This document shows, piece by piece, positions 23,031 to 33,015 of a stretch of 64,000 nt of DNA. The notes under the pieces are model-generated. The model ran no database searches. It was not told the origin of the DNA and saw nothing but the letters and a program-made list of their open reading frames with translations. The position numbers and the translations under genes are program-made. Where the stretch lies: assembly GCA_035531495.1 (NCBI GenBank), contig DATKSU010000017.1:2668-66667 (forward strand). Reading direction: 5' to 3'. Every line of letters begins with the position of its first letter. Positions within the stretch are counted from its first letter, which is position 1. Source of the DNA: Minisyncoccota bacterium. GTDB lineage: Bacteria > Patescibacteriota > Minisyncoccia > Phycocordibacterales > Phycocordibacteraceae.

Positions 23031-23114
23031 TGGTGCTGGAGGAGAGACTCGAACTCTCAAGCCTTTCGGCGGTGGGTTTTGAATCCACTGCGTTTACCAT
23101 TTCGCCACTCCAGC
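23031..23114 (-). tRNA. tRNA-Leu(CAA)
   Basis: Reverse complement GCTGGAGTGGCGAAATGGTAAACGC..TT CAA AA..GTTCGAGTC..ACCA. Confidence 0.95.
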
Positions 23115-23191
23115 ATTGCGGGGCCGCATCCCGATGAACGCCTCCACAGTAGCATCTTATCGCTGCATTTTCAGCGTGGTACCATGCGCGT

Positions 23192-24193
23192 ATGAACGAT
23201 GAGGCGCGGTATATCCCGACGAAATACGACTCGATATTCTGGATCGAGACGGACAGGATCAAGCCGAACCCGTATCAGCCGCGGCGCGAGTTCAGCGAGG
23301 AAGGCCTGCGGTCGCTCGCCGACTCCATCCGGCAGTACGGCATCCTCCAACCATTGACCGTCACGAGGAAGGACGTCGAAAAGCCGGACGGCGGTCTCGA
23401 GAGCGAGTACGAGCTCATCGCCGGCGAGCGGCGGCTCCGCGCGTCGAAGCTCGCGGGGCTCACGCAAGTGCCGGTCGTCATCCGCGCGGGCGAGAACAAC
23501 CTCTCGAAGCTCGAGCTCGCCATCATCGAGAACCTTCAGCGCGAGGATCTGAACGCCATCGATCGAGCGAAGGCGCTGCAGAAGCTCGTCAACGAGTTCG
23601 GCATCTCGCACGGCGAGACGGCCGCGAAGATCGGCAAGAGCCGCGAGTACGTCTCTAATTCGCTACGCCTTCTCGCGCTGCCGACGCACATGCAGGATGC
23701 CATCGTCCGCAAGGAGATCAGCGAGGGTCATGCGCGGACCCTGCTCGCGCTCAACGACCGGGAACAGGAACGCGAGACGCTTTTCCGCGAAATCACGCTC
23801 AAGAAGCTCTCGGTCCGTGCCGCCGAGCGCATCGCGCGGTCCATCGCGCAAGAGCGCGTCCGTAAGTATCACCGTAAGACGCCGGAGATGACCGAGCTCG
23901 AGAAGTCGCTCACCGAGACCCTCGGCACGCGCGTCATCATCGAGCCGGGCGCCGAAGGCGGGCGCTTGCTCATCGACTTTTTCTCGCCGGACGACCTCTC
24001 CGTGCTCGCGGAGGCCCTCACGATCCATCGCAGCGCCGTCCTGCGCGGCGCGGAGACATCTGTTCCCGAGGGCGCCGAAGCATACCCCGTGTATCCGAAT
24101 ACGACGCAGCTTTCCGACGACCCCGTCCCGCCGGCCGCGCCCGAAGAGCCGTCGGACGACGACCTCTACTCGGTGACGAACTTCGTCATTTAG
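23192..24193 (+). CDS. parB: ParB/Spo0J partition protein
   Basis: PNPYQPRREF, GILQPL, LIAGERRLRA, ENLQREDLN, HTH. Confidence 0.95.
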   Translation: MNDEARYIPTKYDSIFWIETDRIKPNPYQPRREFSEEGLRSLADSIRQYGILQPLTVTRKDVEKPDGGLESEYELIAGERRLRASKLAGLTQVPVVIRAGENNLSKLELAIIENLQREDLNAIDRAKALQKLVNEFGISHGETAAKIGKSREYVSNSLRLLALPTHMQDAIVRKEISEGHARTLLALNDREQERETLFREITLKKLSVRAAERIARSIAQERVRKYHRKTPEMTELEKSLTETLGTRVIIEPGAEGGRLLIDFFSPDDLSVLAEALTIHRSAVLRGAETSVPEGAEAYPVYPNTTQLSDDPVPPAAPEEPSDDDLYSVTNFVI

Positions 24194-25775
24194 CCGCGCG
24201 GCGGGCGCGCACCCGCGTCCGCACGCGCGGGCGCGCCGCGTCGCCCATATCGAGCGCCGTGCGGATCTGCTTGCGGGCGAGCGAGGTGCGCGCGTGGTCG
24301 AGCCACTTCGTCGACGGATGCGCCGATTCGCGTCGGATGATCTCGACTATGTCTCCGTTGCCGAGCGGCGTGTCGAACGATACCAGTTTCCCGTTCACCT
24401 TCGCGCCTTGCAAGTGGTTGCCGAGGTCGGTATGGATCGCGTATGCGAAATCGACCGGCGTCGACGCGGTCGGCAGGTCGACGACGTCGCCTTTCGGCGT
24501 GAATACGAAGACGCGGTGCGAGAAGAAATCCTCCTTGAGCCCGTCGACGAATTCCTTCGAACCCGCGACCTCGGCGTGCGCGTCGGCGAGCTCGGCGAGC
24601 CAGGGCGGAATCTTTGCCGCGTCGCTCGCGGAAGCGCCGGACTTCACCTTCATCAAGGACGGGATGAGGGATCGCACCCACGAGAACGAGAGGGCGGAGA
24701 AGCGGCTCTTCTGGGAACCCTTATCGAGCTTCTCGATGCCTTTACCGAGCTGCTTGTACGTCATGTGCGACGCGATGCCGAACTGGGCGTGCCGGTGCAT
24801 CTCTTCGGTCCGTATCTGTACCTCAATGATGCCGGCTTCGGGCGCAACGACGGTGGTATGGAGCGACTGATAGCCGTTGGGCTTCGGGAAGGCGATGTAA
24901 TCCTTGAATTCGCCCGGCAACGGTTTGTAGAGCGCATGCACGGTGCCGAGCACGGCATAGCAGTCGCCGATGGCGGGGACGACGATGCGCAGCGCCGCGA
25001 TGTCGTGGATCTGGTTGATGTCGTCTTTCTTGCGCTTCAGCTTCTGATGCAGGCTCCAGAGCCCTTTCATGCGGATGTCGGTATGGAAATCGGTGATGCC
25101 TTTCTTCGCGAGTTCGCGCCGGATCTCCTTCTGCACCTTCGCGAGTCCCGCCTCGCTCTCCCTGGTCACGAACTTCCGCACTTCCGCGGTATGGCGCGCC
25201 GCGTCAGGGTCGACGTATGGGAAGGCGAGATCCTCGAGCTCGCGCTTCATCTTGCCCATGCCGAGCCGGTCCGCGATAGGCGCGTATATCTCCAGGGTCT
25301 CGAGCGCGATGCGGCGGCGCTTGTGCCCCGGCACGTGCTCGAGGGTCTGCATGTTGTGGTAGCGGTCGGCGAGCTTCACGATGAGGACGCGGATATCGCT
25401 CGCGGTGGCGACGAGGAGGCGTCGGAGCGATTCGGCGTGGCGTTCGGCGCCGTGGTACTTGTGCCGGCCGAGCTTCGTGACGCCGTCGACGATGAAGAGC
25501 ACTTCGCTCCCAAACTCCTTCTTGATCTCGTCGCGCGAAACGTCGCCATCCTCGACTGTGTCGTGAAGGAGGCCGGCGGCGATGGTCGCCGCGTCCATCC
25601 CGTATTCCGCGAGCATTTTCGCGGCCGCGGCCGGATGGATGAAGTACGGTTCGCCCGAATAGCGGGTGTGAGTCGCGTGCGCCTTCTTGGAGAACTCGTA
25701 GGCTTTCTCGATGAACGCGATGTCCTCGGGCGACGGCGCCGACATCTCGCCGACGATCTCTTTGACGGTCGTCAT
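24186..25775 (-). CDS. RelA/SpoT homolog (HD, synthetase and TGS domains; truncated C-terminus)
   Basis: RYSGEPYFIHP, LLHDTVED, KLADRYHNM, KDYIAFPKPNGYQSLHT, TPVDFAYAIHT. Confidence 0.93.
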   Translation of the reverse strand: MTTVKEIVGEMSAPSPEDIAFIEKAYEFSKKAHATHTRYSGEPYFIHPAAAAKMLAEYGMDAATIAAGLLHDTVEDGDVSRDEIKKEFGSEVLFIVDGVTKLGRHKYHGAERHAESLRRLLVATASDIRVLIVKLADRYHNMQTLEHVPGHKRRRIALETLEIYAPIADRLGMGKMKRELEDLAFPYVDPDAARHTAEVRKFVTRESEAGLAKVQKEIRRELAKKGITDFHTDIRMKGLWSLHQKLKRKKDDINQIHDIAALRIVVPAIGDCYAVLGTVHALYKPLPGEFKDYIAFPKPNGYQSLHTTVVAPEAGIIEVQIRTEEMHRHAQFGIASHMTYKQLGKGIEKLDKGSQKSRFSALSFSWVRSLIPSLMKVKSGASASDAAKIPPWLAELADAHAEVAGSKEFVDGLKEDFFSHRVFVFTPKGDVVDLPTASTPVDFAYAIHTDLGNHLQGAKVNGKLVSFDTPLGNGDIVEIIRRESAHPSTKWLDHARTSLARKQIRTALDMGDAARPRVRTRVRARRAAK

Positions 25776-25818
25776 GGCGGTACTATACACCGCGTGCCTG
25801 ACGCCGCCTATGCGGGCG

Positions 25819-28215
25819 TCATTTCAGATACGCCGCCGCATCCTCGGGTGAGAATGCGTCCGGCTTCACCGAGTCGGGCAGATAGATGCGGCGCAGGCCT
25901 TTCTTCAGGAAGAGCCCTTGCTTCGAGCGGTAGAGTACGAGCTGCTTATGCGTCGAGGGGTGCGGGCCGAGCTCGCGGACGATCTCGGCGCCCTTCGGCG
26001 GGCGCTTCGGCTCGGCGAGGAGCGCGAGCGCTTCCGCGAGCGTGATGGCGTACGGGTCGCCCTTCTTGATTGAACGGAAGTCGCCGTCCGAACCCACGTA
26101 CGGGCCGAAACGTCCGGTCGAAGCGAAGACGGGCTTGCCGGTCTGCGGGTGGGTGCCGAGCTCGCGCGGCAGCGAAAGGTATTTCACCGCGTCCGCGAGC
26201 GTCACCTTCGAGAGGTCGGTGCCGGGCGGGATGCTCGCGCGCTTCACCGCCGCCTTCTTCGCGCGCCGTCGCGCCCCCGCCTTCTTCGGCGGGTCCGCTT
26301 CGGCCGCCTGCGGCGCTTCCATCTCGACATAGGGGCCGAAGCGGCCGGTCTTCACGTAGATCGCCGCGCCGGTCTCGGGATGACGGCCGATGGGCTCATC
26401 GGGCTTCAGTTCCGCGCCGTCCTCGGTGCGCGCGCCCATGCACGCCGGATAGCGTTTGCAGCTCATGAAGATGCCGCCGCGGCCAAGCTTATACTCCATC
26501 AGTGAGCCGCAGACGGGGCAGATGAATCCCCTCGGCGCATCGCCGAGCGATGTCGCCTTCGGCAGCTTGTCCTTGGCGCGCACGGCTTTCTCGAACGGGC
26601 CGTAGAACGCCCGCATGGTCTCTTCGTAGCCGCGTTCGCCGCGCGCTATCTCGTCGAGCTCGTCTTCCATCTCCGCCGTGAAGGAGTCACCGACGACTTC
26701 GGGGAAATTCGTCTCGAGCCAGCCGGAGACGACCATGCCGGTCGCCGTCGGCACGAGGGCGCGGCCGGTCTTCTCGACGTAGCCGCGGTCCTGGATGGTC
26801 TTCATGATGGAGGCGTAGGTCGACGGTCGGCCGATACCGCGTTTTTCGAGTTCCCGGATAAGCCCCGCTTCGGTATAGCGGTTCGGCGGTTCCGTCTGCT
26901 TCTCGGCCGCATCGAGTGCGCCGAGCGCGAGTGCGTCGCCCGCCGCGAGCTTCGGCAGCTCGACGTCCTCGCCTTTCGCGGCTGTGTCGAGCGCGAGCCA
27001 GCCGTGGAAGAGCGTGCGCGAGCCCGTCGCCGTGAAGGCGGGAATGCGCGCTCCGCTATCGGCGTTGTGAACGTCGGCGGTTGCCGTGACGCTTGTGCGC
27101 ATAATACGCGCCGGCGCCATCTGCGAGGCGAGCGCGCGGGTGCGGATGAGTTCGTAGAGCGCCGCTTCGTCCGGCGTCTTGCCCGCGCGCGTGCGGCCGG
27201 GATCGGTCGGACGGATGGCCTCGTGCGCTTCCTGCGCGTTCTTGCTCGTCGTCTTATACGCGCGCACCTGGAGATACTCCTTGCCGAACGTCTTCTCGAC
27301 GACGGAGGCCATCTTCGCCACCGCTTCCTTGGCGAGATTCACCGAATCCGTGCGCATGTAGGTGATGTGGCCCGCTTCGTAGAGCTTCTGCGCGGCGCGC
27401 ATCGTGCGCGAGGGCGCGAAGCCGAGCCGCGTCGACGCCGTCTGCTGCAGGGTGGAGGTCGTGAACGGCGGGCGCGGATTGCGCTCCTCCGCCTTCTCGG
27501 CGACGTTCCCGACGCGCCACGCGGCGGCACGGCCCGCGGCGACGATGCGATCCGCTTCTTCTCTCGTCTTCGGCTCCTCGACGCATGTCGCCGAGAAATC
27601 GCCCGCCGGCGTCGTGAAGCGCGCGGTGAGCACGTAGTACGTTTCCGGCACGAAGGCCTTAATCTCGCGCTCGCGCTCGGCGAGGATGCGCAGCGCGGGC
27701 GACTGCACGCGGCCGGCGGAGAGGCCGTAGCGCACCTTCTTCCAGATGAGGCCCGAGAGGTCGTAGCCGACGATGCGGTCGAGGACGCGCCGCGCTTCCT
27801 GCGCTTCCCGCAGGTGCTCGTCGATCGTCCGCGGATGCGCGAGCGCTTCCTCGACGGCCTCTTTCGTTATCTCGTGGAAGACGACGCGTTTCGGCTTCTT
27901 CAAGCCCGCGACTTCCTTGATATGCCAGGCGATGGATTCGCCTTCGCGGTCCGGGTCGGTCGCAAGGTACACCTCGCTCGCGCTCGCCGCCGCCTTCTTT
28001 ATCCTCTCGATGATGTCGCGCTTCTCGGCGGGGACGACGTAGCGCGGCACGAAGCCGCCCTCGATATCGACGGCGTCTTTGTTCGATTTCGGCAAGTCGC
28101 GCACGTGCCCGACCGAGGCGAGCACGTCATACGCCTTCCCAAGATACTGTTGGATTGTCCGCGCTTTCGTCGGCGATTCCACTATGAGCAGCTGTTTCTT
28201 CACCAATCCACTCAT
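25819..28215 (-). CDS. topA: DNA topoisomerase I (type IA)
   Basis: IVESPTKA, LATDPDREGE, SAGRVQS, ITYMRTDS, GIGRPSTYA, Zn ribbon and C-terminal repeats. Confidence 0.97.
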   Translation of the reverse strand: MSGLVKKQLLIVESPTKARTIQQYLGKAYDVLASVGHVRDLPKSNKDAVDIEGGFVPRYVVPAEKRDIIERIKKAAASASEVYLATDPDREGESIAWHIKEVAGLKKPKRVVFHEITKEAVEEALAHPRTIDEHLREAQEARRVLDRIVGYDLSGLIWKKVRYGLSAGRVQSPALRILAEREREIKAFVPETYYVLTARFTTPAGDFSATCVEEPKTREEADRIVAAGRAAAWRVGNVAEKAEERNPRPPFTTSTLQQTASTRLGFAPSRTMRAAQKLYEAGHITYMRTDSVNLAKEAVAKMASVVEKTFGKEYLQVRAYKTTSKNAQEAHEAIRPTDPGRTRAGKTPDEAALYELIRTRALASQMAPARIMRTSVTATADVHNADSGARIPAFTATGSRTLFHGWLALDTAAKGEDVELPKLAAGDALALGALDAAEKQTEPPNRYTEAGLIRELEKRGIGRPSTYASIMKTIQDRGYVEKTGRALVPTATGMVVSGWLETNFPEVVGDSFTAEMEDELDEIARGERGYEETMRAFYGPFEKAVRAKDKLPKATSLGDAPRGFICPVCGSLMEYKLGRGGIFMSCKRYPACMGARTEDGAELKPDEPIGRHPETGAAIYVKTGRFGPYVEMEAPQAAEADPPKKAGARRRAKKAAVKRASIPPGTDLSKVTLADAVKYLSLPRELGTHPQTGKPVFASTGRFGPYVGSDGDFRSIKKGDPYAITLAEALALLAEPKRPPKGAEIVRELGPHPSTHKQLVLYRSKQGLFLKKGLRRIYLPDSVKPDAFSPEDAAAYLK

Positions 28216-28236
28216 AACGCGCGCACCTATATATGG

Positions 28237-29007
28237 TCAAGCGAGCGTGACGGATATCGGGTGGTGATCGGAGCCTGCGCGGTCCGACAGGACCGCGGCG
28301 TCTTTCACCGAAAACGAACGGGAAACGAGGATATGATCGAGCTGGGAACGGGAGAGCGGATGCGTCGGACGGCCGTAAAGCGGGTTCACGAGCTTGTGCT
28401 CGACGAATCGCGCCTCGATGCGCATGCGTTCGCGGCGATAGCGCACGACATCGGTCATGCGGCCGCCGAGGAACCAGTTGAGGATGGTTATCTTCGGGGA
28501 CTCGAGGATGTTGAAATCGCCGCAGACGATGGTCGGCCGGCCAGGCACGCGCCCGGCGAGCGCCGTCTCGAACTCCTCGATGCGCCAGCGCGGATGCGCG
28601 AGGGTGAGGTGGAGATCGAAGACGCGGACGAGGCCCGCAGGCGTCTCGACGTCGGCGAAGAGCCCGTGGCGGTTCTCGGTCCTCGAGAAATTGAACGAGC
28701 GCATGAGGCGGATGAAGAGGCGCGCGCGCCACGGCAAGAGCGTCCAGTAATCCGGCAGCGGGATGACGCCTCGGGCGCTGATGGGATAGCGCGAGAGGAT
28801 GACGAGGTGATTGCGCACGCGGTGCGAGAAGAAGCGGTCGACGTCGATACCCGATGCGAGATGGAAGGGCAGCGTCTTCAGGCGGGCGAGGAATTCATCC
28901 GGGACTTCCTGCAGGCAGAAAATATCGAAGGCGACGTCGCGGATGAACGCGAAGGCGCGATCCTGTTCCTGATTACGGAACAGCATGTTCCATGAATAGA
29001 TAGTCAT
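28237..29007 (-). CDS. endonuclease/exonuclease/phosphatase family protein
   Basis: YSWN, CLQEV, CGDFN, LDHILV, SDHHPI. Confidence 0.9.
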   Translation of the reverse strand: MTIYSWNMLFRNQEQDRAFAFIRDVAFDIFCLQEVPDEFLARLKTLPFHLASGIDVDRFFSHRVRNHLVILSRYPISARGVIPLPDYWTLLPWRARLFIRLMRSFNFSRTENRHGLFADVETPAGLVRVFDLHLTLAHPRWRIEEFETALAGRVPGRPTIVCGDFNILESPKITILNWFLGGRMTDVVRYRRERMRIEARFVEHKLVNPLYGRPTHPLSRSQLDHILVSRSFSVKDAAVLSDRAGSDHHPISVTLA

Positions 29008-29855
29008 AGCCTGCGCCACGCGCCGAGCTCCTCTCGGATGAGGCCACGTACTTCTAACGCGGCGAGCGCGGTGAGGGTTTCGCCGGGCGCGCCGTTCGCG
29101 CGCAAGAGCTCGTCACGGGTGCGCGGTTCCTCAAGGAGGGCCCACACGGCGGCCTCGGCGCCTTCGAGCGCGGGCGCTGGACGCTCGGCGGGCGTCTCGC
29201 GCGGCGGGATGCCGAGCGCTTCGAGCACGTGGACGGGCTCCGCGGCCAGCGCCGCGCCGAGCCGGATGAAGAGGTGCGGACCGACCCCGTGCGGGTCGGT
29301 GATGCGATGCGGCACACACAGGAGTTCGCGGTTGTATTCGCCCGCGAGCCGCGCGGTGATGAGCGTGCCCGACTTCCGCCCGGCTTCGATGATGAGCACG
29401 GCATCGGCGAGACCGACCATGATGCGGTTGCGCGACGGGAATTCTTTCAACCACGGCTTGTGGGACGGCTCTTTCTCGGAGAGGAGCGCGCCGCCCTTCG
29501 CGAGTATGTCGTACGCGAGGCCGAGATTCGTTCGCGGATAGATGACGCTCTCGTCGAGCCCGGAACCGGGGATGGCGATCGTGTGGAGCCCGGCGGCGAG
29601 CGCCGCCCTATGCGCACAAGCGTCGGTGCCGAGCGCGAGGCCCGAGATGATGGAGACGGGATAGCCGGCGAGCCCCATGATGAGCCCTTCGCACGCGGCG
29701 CGGCCATATGGGGAGAGCGCGCGGCTCCCGACGACGACAAGAAGCTTCGTCCCGGGCGGCGGGAGCATTCCGGCGAGCCACAGGCGCTCGGGCGGCTGCG
29801 GTATCTCGAGGAGCGGAGCGGGCCACTCTCCGCGCGGAAGCTCGCGAATCTTCAT
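29004..29855 (-). CDS. dprA: DNA-processing protein DprA
   Basis: VVGSR, ISGLALGTDACAH, FPSRNRIM, EAGRKSGTLITA. Confidence 0.95.
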   Translation of the reverse strand: MKIRELPRGEWPAPLLEIPQPPERLWLAGMLPPPGTKLLVVVGSRALSPYGRAACEGLIMGLAGYPVSIISGLALGTDACAHRAALAAGLHTIAIPGSGLDESVIYPRTNLGLAYDILAKGGALLSEKEPSHKPWLKEFPSRNRIMVGLADAVLIIEAGRKSGTLITARLAGEYNRELLCVPHRITDPHGVGPHLFIRLGAALAAEPVHVLEALGIPPRETPAERPAPALEGAEAAVWALLEEPRTRDELLRANGAPGETLTALAALEVRGLIREELGAWRRL

Positions 29856-29876
29856 GCGTTGAGTATACTAGGTGGC
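29856..29876. promoter_or_regulatory. palindromic bidirectional -10 element AGTATACT (dprA/serS)
   Basis: 21-nt spacer; TATACT lies 6-7 nt before the ATG on both strands. Confidence 0.65.
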
Positions 29877-31148
29877 ATGCTCGACATACGGTTCATCCGC
29901 GAGAACGCCGATCTCGTGAAGGCTGGCGCTGCCAAGAAGCGCATTGATGCCGACATCGACCGCCTGCTCGCCGTCGACGACGATCGCAAGCGGCTCCAGC
30001 AGGAGTATGAGACGAAACGCGCGGAGCAGAATCGCAAAAGCGGCGAGGTGCAGCGAGCGCAAGGCGCCGAACGCGAGAAGCTGCTCGAGGCGATGCGGCA
30101 GCTGAAGCAGGGCATGGCCGAGACGGAGGACGAGCTCAAGAAGGTGATGGAGGAATGGCAGCGGCTCATGCTCGCCGTCCCGAACATCCCCGACATGTCG
30201 GTGCCGGACGGCGAGAGCGATGCAGACAACGTCGAGGTGAAGAAGTGGGGCGAGCCGACTGCGTTCCCGTTCGAGCCGAAAGGCCACGTCGAGCTCATGA
30301 CGGCGCTCGGCATGGCGGACTTCGAGCGCGGCGCCAAAGTCGCCGGCTTCCGCGGCTATTTCCTCAAGGGCGACGGTGTGCTCCTGTCGAACGCGGTCTG
30401 GCAGCTGGCGCTCAAGCACTTCGGCGCGAAAGGGTTCGAGCTTCTCTTCGCACCGTCCTTGGTGCGCCGCGAAGCGTTCCTCGGCACGGGATATCTCCCG
30501 CAGGGCGAAGAAGACCTCTACAAGACGCAGGACGGCGATTTCCTTGCCGGCACCGCGGAGGTCGCGACGATGGGCTACCACATGAACGAGACGATCGACC
30601 TCGCGAACGACCCTATCCGCTTTCTCGGCTTCTCGCCGTGCTTCCGCCGCGAGGCCGGTGCGCACGGCAAGGACGTGCGCGGCCTCATCCGCGTGCACGA
30701 GTTCTATAAATGGGAGCAAGTCGTCCTCTGCAAGGCAGAGCACGACGAATCGGTCCGTCTCCATGAGTGGCTGAACCGCAATACGGAAGAATTCATCGAG
30801 CTCCTAGCGATTCCATATCACACGGTCGCCAATTGCGGCGGCGACCTTGGACTCGGCCAGGTGAAGAAGTACGACGTCGAGCTGTGGGTGCCGGGCGAGA
30901 AGAAATACCGCGAGATAAGCTCCGCGTCTTATTTCCATGATTTCCAGACGCGGCGTCTGAATATCCGGTACCGCGACACGGATGGCGCGCTCAAGTTCGC
31001 GCATTCGCTCAACTCGACTGCCATCCCGACGCCGCGCATCCTCGTCTCCATCATCGAGAATTACCAGCAGGCCGACGGCACGATCAAGGTACCGGACGCG
31101 CTCGTGTCGTATGTCGGCAAACCTATTATCGGCAAGGCGGGGAAGTGA
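29877..31148 (+). CDS. serS: serine--tRNA ligase
   Basis: MLDIRFIREN, GTAEV, FRREAG, GLIRVHEF, REISSAS, FQTRRLNIRY. Confidence 0.98.
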   Translation: MLDIRFIRENADLVKAGAAKKRIDADIDRLLAVDDDRKRLQQEYETKRAEQNRKSGEVQRAQGAEREKLLEAMRQLKQGMAETEDELKKVMEEWQRLMLAVPNIPDMSVPDGESDADNVEVKKWGEPTAFPFEPKGHVELMTALGMADFERGAKVAGFRGYFLKGDGVLLSNAVWQLALKHFGAKGFELLFAPSLVRREAFLGTGYLPQGEEDLYKTQDGDFLAGTAEVATMGYHMNETIDLANDPIRFLGFSPCFRREAGAHGKDVRGLIRVHEFYKWEQVVLCKAEHDESVRLHEWLNRNTEEFIELLAIPYHTVANCGGDLGLGQVKKYDVELWVPGEKKYREISSASYFHDFQTRRLNIRYRDTDGALKFAHSLNSTAIPTPRILVSIIENYQQADGTIKVPDALVSYVGKPIIGKAGK

Positions 31149-31977
31149 GCGGCGCCTCCATGAGCGCCGCCGCCGGAATCGCCGCCGCGCCGCGCTCGCG
31201 CTCGCCGTCCTCGCGCTCCTCGCGTGCGCCAGCATCATCGTCGGGCTCCGACAGGGCGCGGTGCGAATCACGCGCGTCACGGTGATCGGGGCGAGCGCGT
31301 CCTTCGCGGCGTACGCGACGGACGCGATGCGCGGCTCCTATTTCGGACTCATCCCGCGCGATTCCGTGTTCTTCTATCCGGCGTCGAGCATCCGCAGCGC
31401 CATCCTGGCGGCGCATCCGGAAGTCGCTGCCGTCTCGGTCGCGCGCGACGGCTTCGACGGCGTCACGGTGCAGGTGGATAACCGGATGCCCGTCGGACGC
31501 TGGTGCGGCCCCGCGCCCGATCCGATGCCGCCTGAATGCTACGTCTTCGATGCGAGCGGGTTCATCTACGCGACGACAAGCGTGCCGGCGTGGCTCCCCG
31601 CAGCGCTCGCCGGCACTTCGTCCCCCGCGGCCTCGAGCGACGTCGCGGACCACTCCTTCGTCCTCTTCGAAGCGCTCGCAAGCTCGACGGCGTCTGTCGA
31701 CGCGACGCTTCCGACAGCCGCGGGATTGCCCGCCGTCTTCGATTTCGCGCGCAAGCTCGATTCCTTCGGCTCGCCAGCGACGGTGATTTCCATCCATGAC
31801 GGCGAAGCGGACGACTATCTCGCGAGCGGCACGCTCGTGAAGTACGTGCTCGGCCAAGAACAGGACGCGTACGCCGCGCTTTCGTCCGCGCAGGCGCAGT
31901 TCAATCTCGCGAATGGGTCCGTCGAATACGTCGATCTGCGCTTCAGCGGGAAGATTTATCTAAAGAAGAGAGGGTGA
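31111..31977 (+). CDS. ftsQ: FtsQ/DivIB-like cell division protein
   Basis: Basic N-terminus, single TM, POTRA-like region, C-terminal EYVDLRFSGKIY. Confidence 0.65.
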   Translation: MSANLLSARRGSERRLHERRRRNRRRAALALAVLALLACASIIVGLRQGAVRITRVTVIGASASFAAYATDAMRGSYFGLIPRDSVFFYPASSIRSAILAAHPEVAAVSVARDGFDGVTVQVDNRMPVGRWCGPAPDPMPPECYVFDASGFIYATTSVPAWLPAALAGTSSPAASSDVADHSFVLFEALASSTASVDATLPTAAGLPAVFDFARKLDSFGSPATVISIHDGEADDYLASGTLVKYVLGQEQDAYAALSSAQAQFNLANGSVEYVDLRFSGKIYLKKRG

Positions 31978-31989
31978 TAGTGTAACCGG

Positions 31990-33015
31990 ATGCAGTCGTT
32001 CTGGCACACGCTCCCGCGGCCGTTCGTCGCGATGGCGCCCATGGCTGACGTGACGGACCCGGCCTTCCGGCGCCTCGTCGCGCGCTGCGGTGCGCCCGAC
32101 GTCACGTGGACCGAGTTCGTCTCAGCCGATGGCCTTTACCATACCCGCGAGATTCAGAAGCTCCCGGACGCTGAGAATCCGCTCATGCGCGACCTCGCCT
32201 TCACGGACGCGGAGCGCCCCATCGTTGCGCAATTCTTCTCAAGCAAGCCCGATATGCTCGCGTATGCCGCGCGCCTCGCCGCAGAGCTCGGCTTCGACGG
32301 CGTCGATCTCAACATGGGCTGCCCGGACCGCGCCATCGAGAAGCAGGGCGCGGGCGCCGCGCTCATTAAGGATCCGGAGCGCGCCACCGAGCTCGTCCGC
32401 GCGGCGCAGACGGCCGGCCTGCCGGTCTCGGTGAAGACGCGCATCGGTTATAACGCAGAGTCGCTCGACCAGTGGCTGCCGGCGCTTCTCGCCGCGCGCC
32501 CCGCCGCGGTGACGCTCCACCTGCGGACGCGCAAGGAGATGTCGCTCGTGCCGGCCGAGTGGGAGCTCATGCGTCGCGCCGTCGCCATCCGCGACCGCCT
32601 CGCTCCGTCTGCGGCGGGGCAAGCGCCGGACGTCCTCCTCATCGGCAACGGCGACGCAAAGAATCTCGTCGATGCGCGGGCGAAGGCCGCGGCGTCCGGT
32701 GCCGACGGCGTCATGATCGGCCGCGGCATGTTCGGCAACCCGTGGGTTTTCGCCGGCCGCGCGCCGGAGGACACGCCGCTTCCCGAGAAACTCGCGGCGC
32801 TCGTCGCGCTCGCGCGCGATTTCGAGACGCTTTCGCCGCCGAAGCACTTCGCCATCCTGAAGAAGCACGTGAAGGCCTTCGTCACGGGGTTCGACGGGGC
32901 CGCGGAATTGCGGGCGGCGCTCATGGATGCGGATTCCGCCGCCGGGATGGAGGCCGTCCTCGAGCGGCGCGGGTGCGCGACGGCCCGTAAGGAAGCGCTC
33001 ACCCGCACGTCATGA
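31990..33015 (+). CDS. tRNA-dihydrouridine synthase (Dus family)
   Basis: MAPMADVTD, TEFVS, DLNMGCP, VSVKTRIG, IGNGD, DGVMIGRG. Confidence 0.93.
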   Translation: MQSFWHTLPRPFVAMAPMADVTDPAFRRLVARCGAPDVTWTEFVSADGLYHTREIQKLPDAENPLMRDLAFTDAERPIVAQFFSSKPDMLAYAARLAAELGFDGVDLNMGCPDRAIEKQGAGAALIKDPERATELVRAAQTAGLPVSVKTRIGYNAESLDQWLPALLAARPAAVTLHLRTRKEMSLVPAEWELMRRAVAIRDRLAPSAAGQAPDVLLIGNGDAKNLVDARAKAAASGADGVMIGRGMFGNPWVFAGRAPEDTPLPEKLAALVALARDFETLSPPKHFAILKKHVKAFVTGFDGAAELRAALMDADSAAGMEAVLERRGCATARKEALTRTS

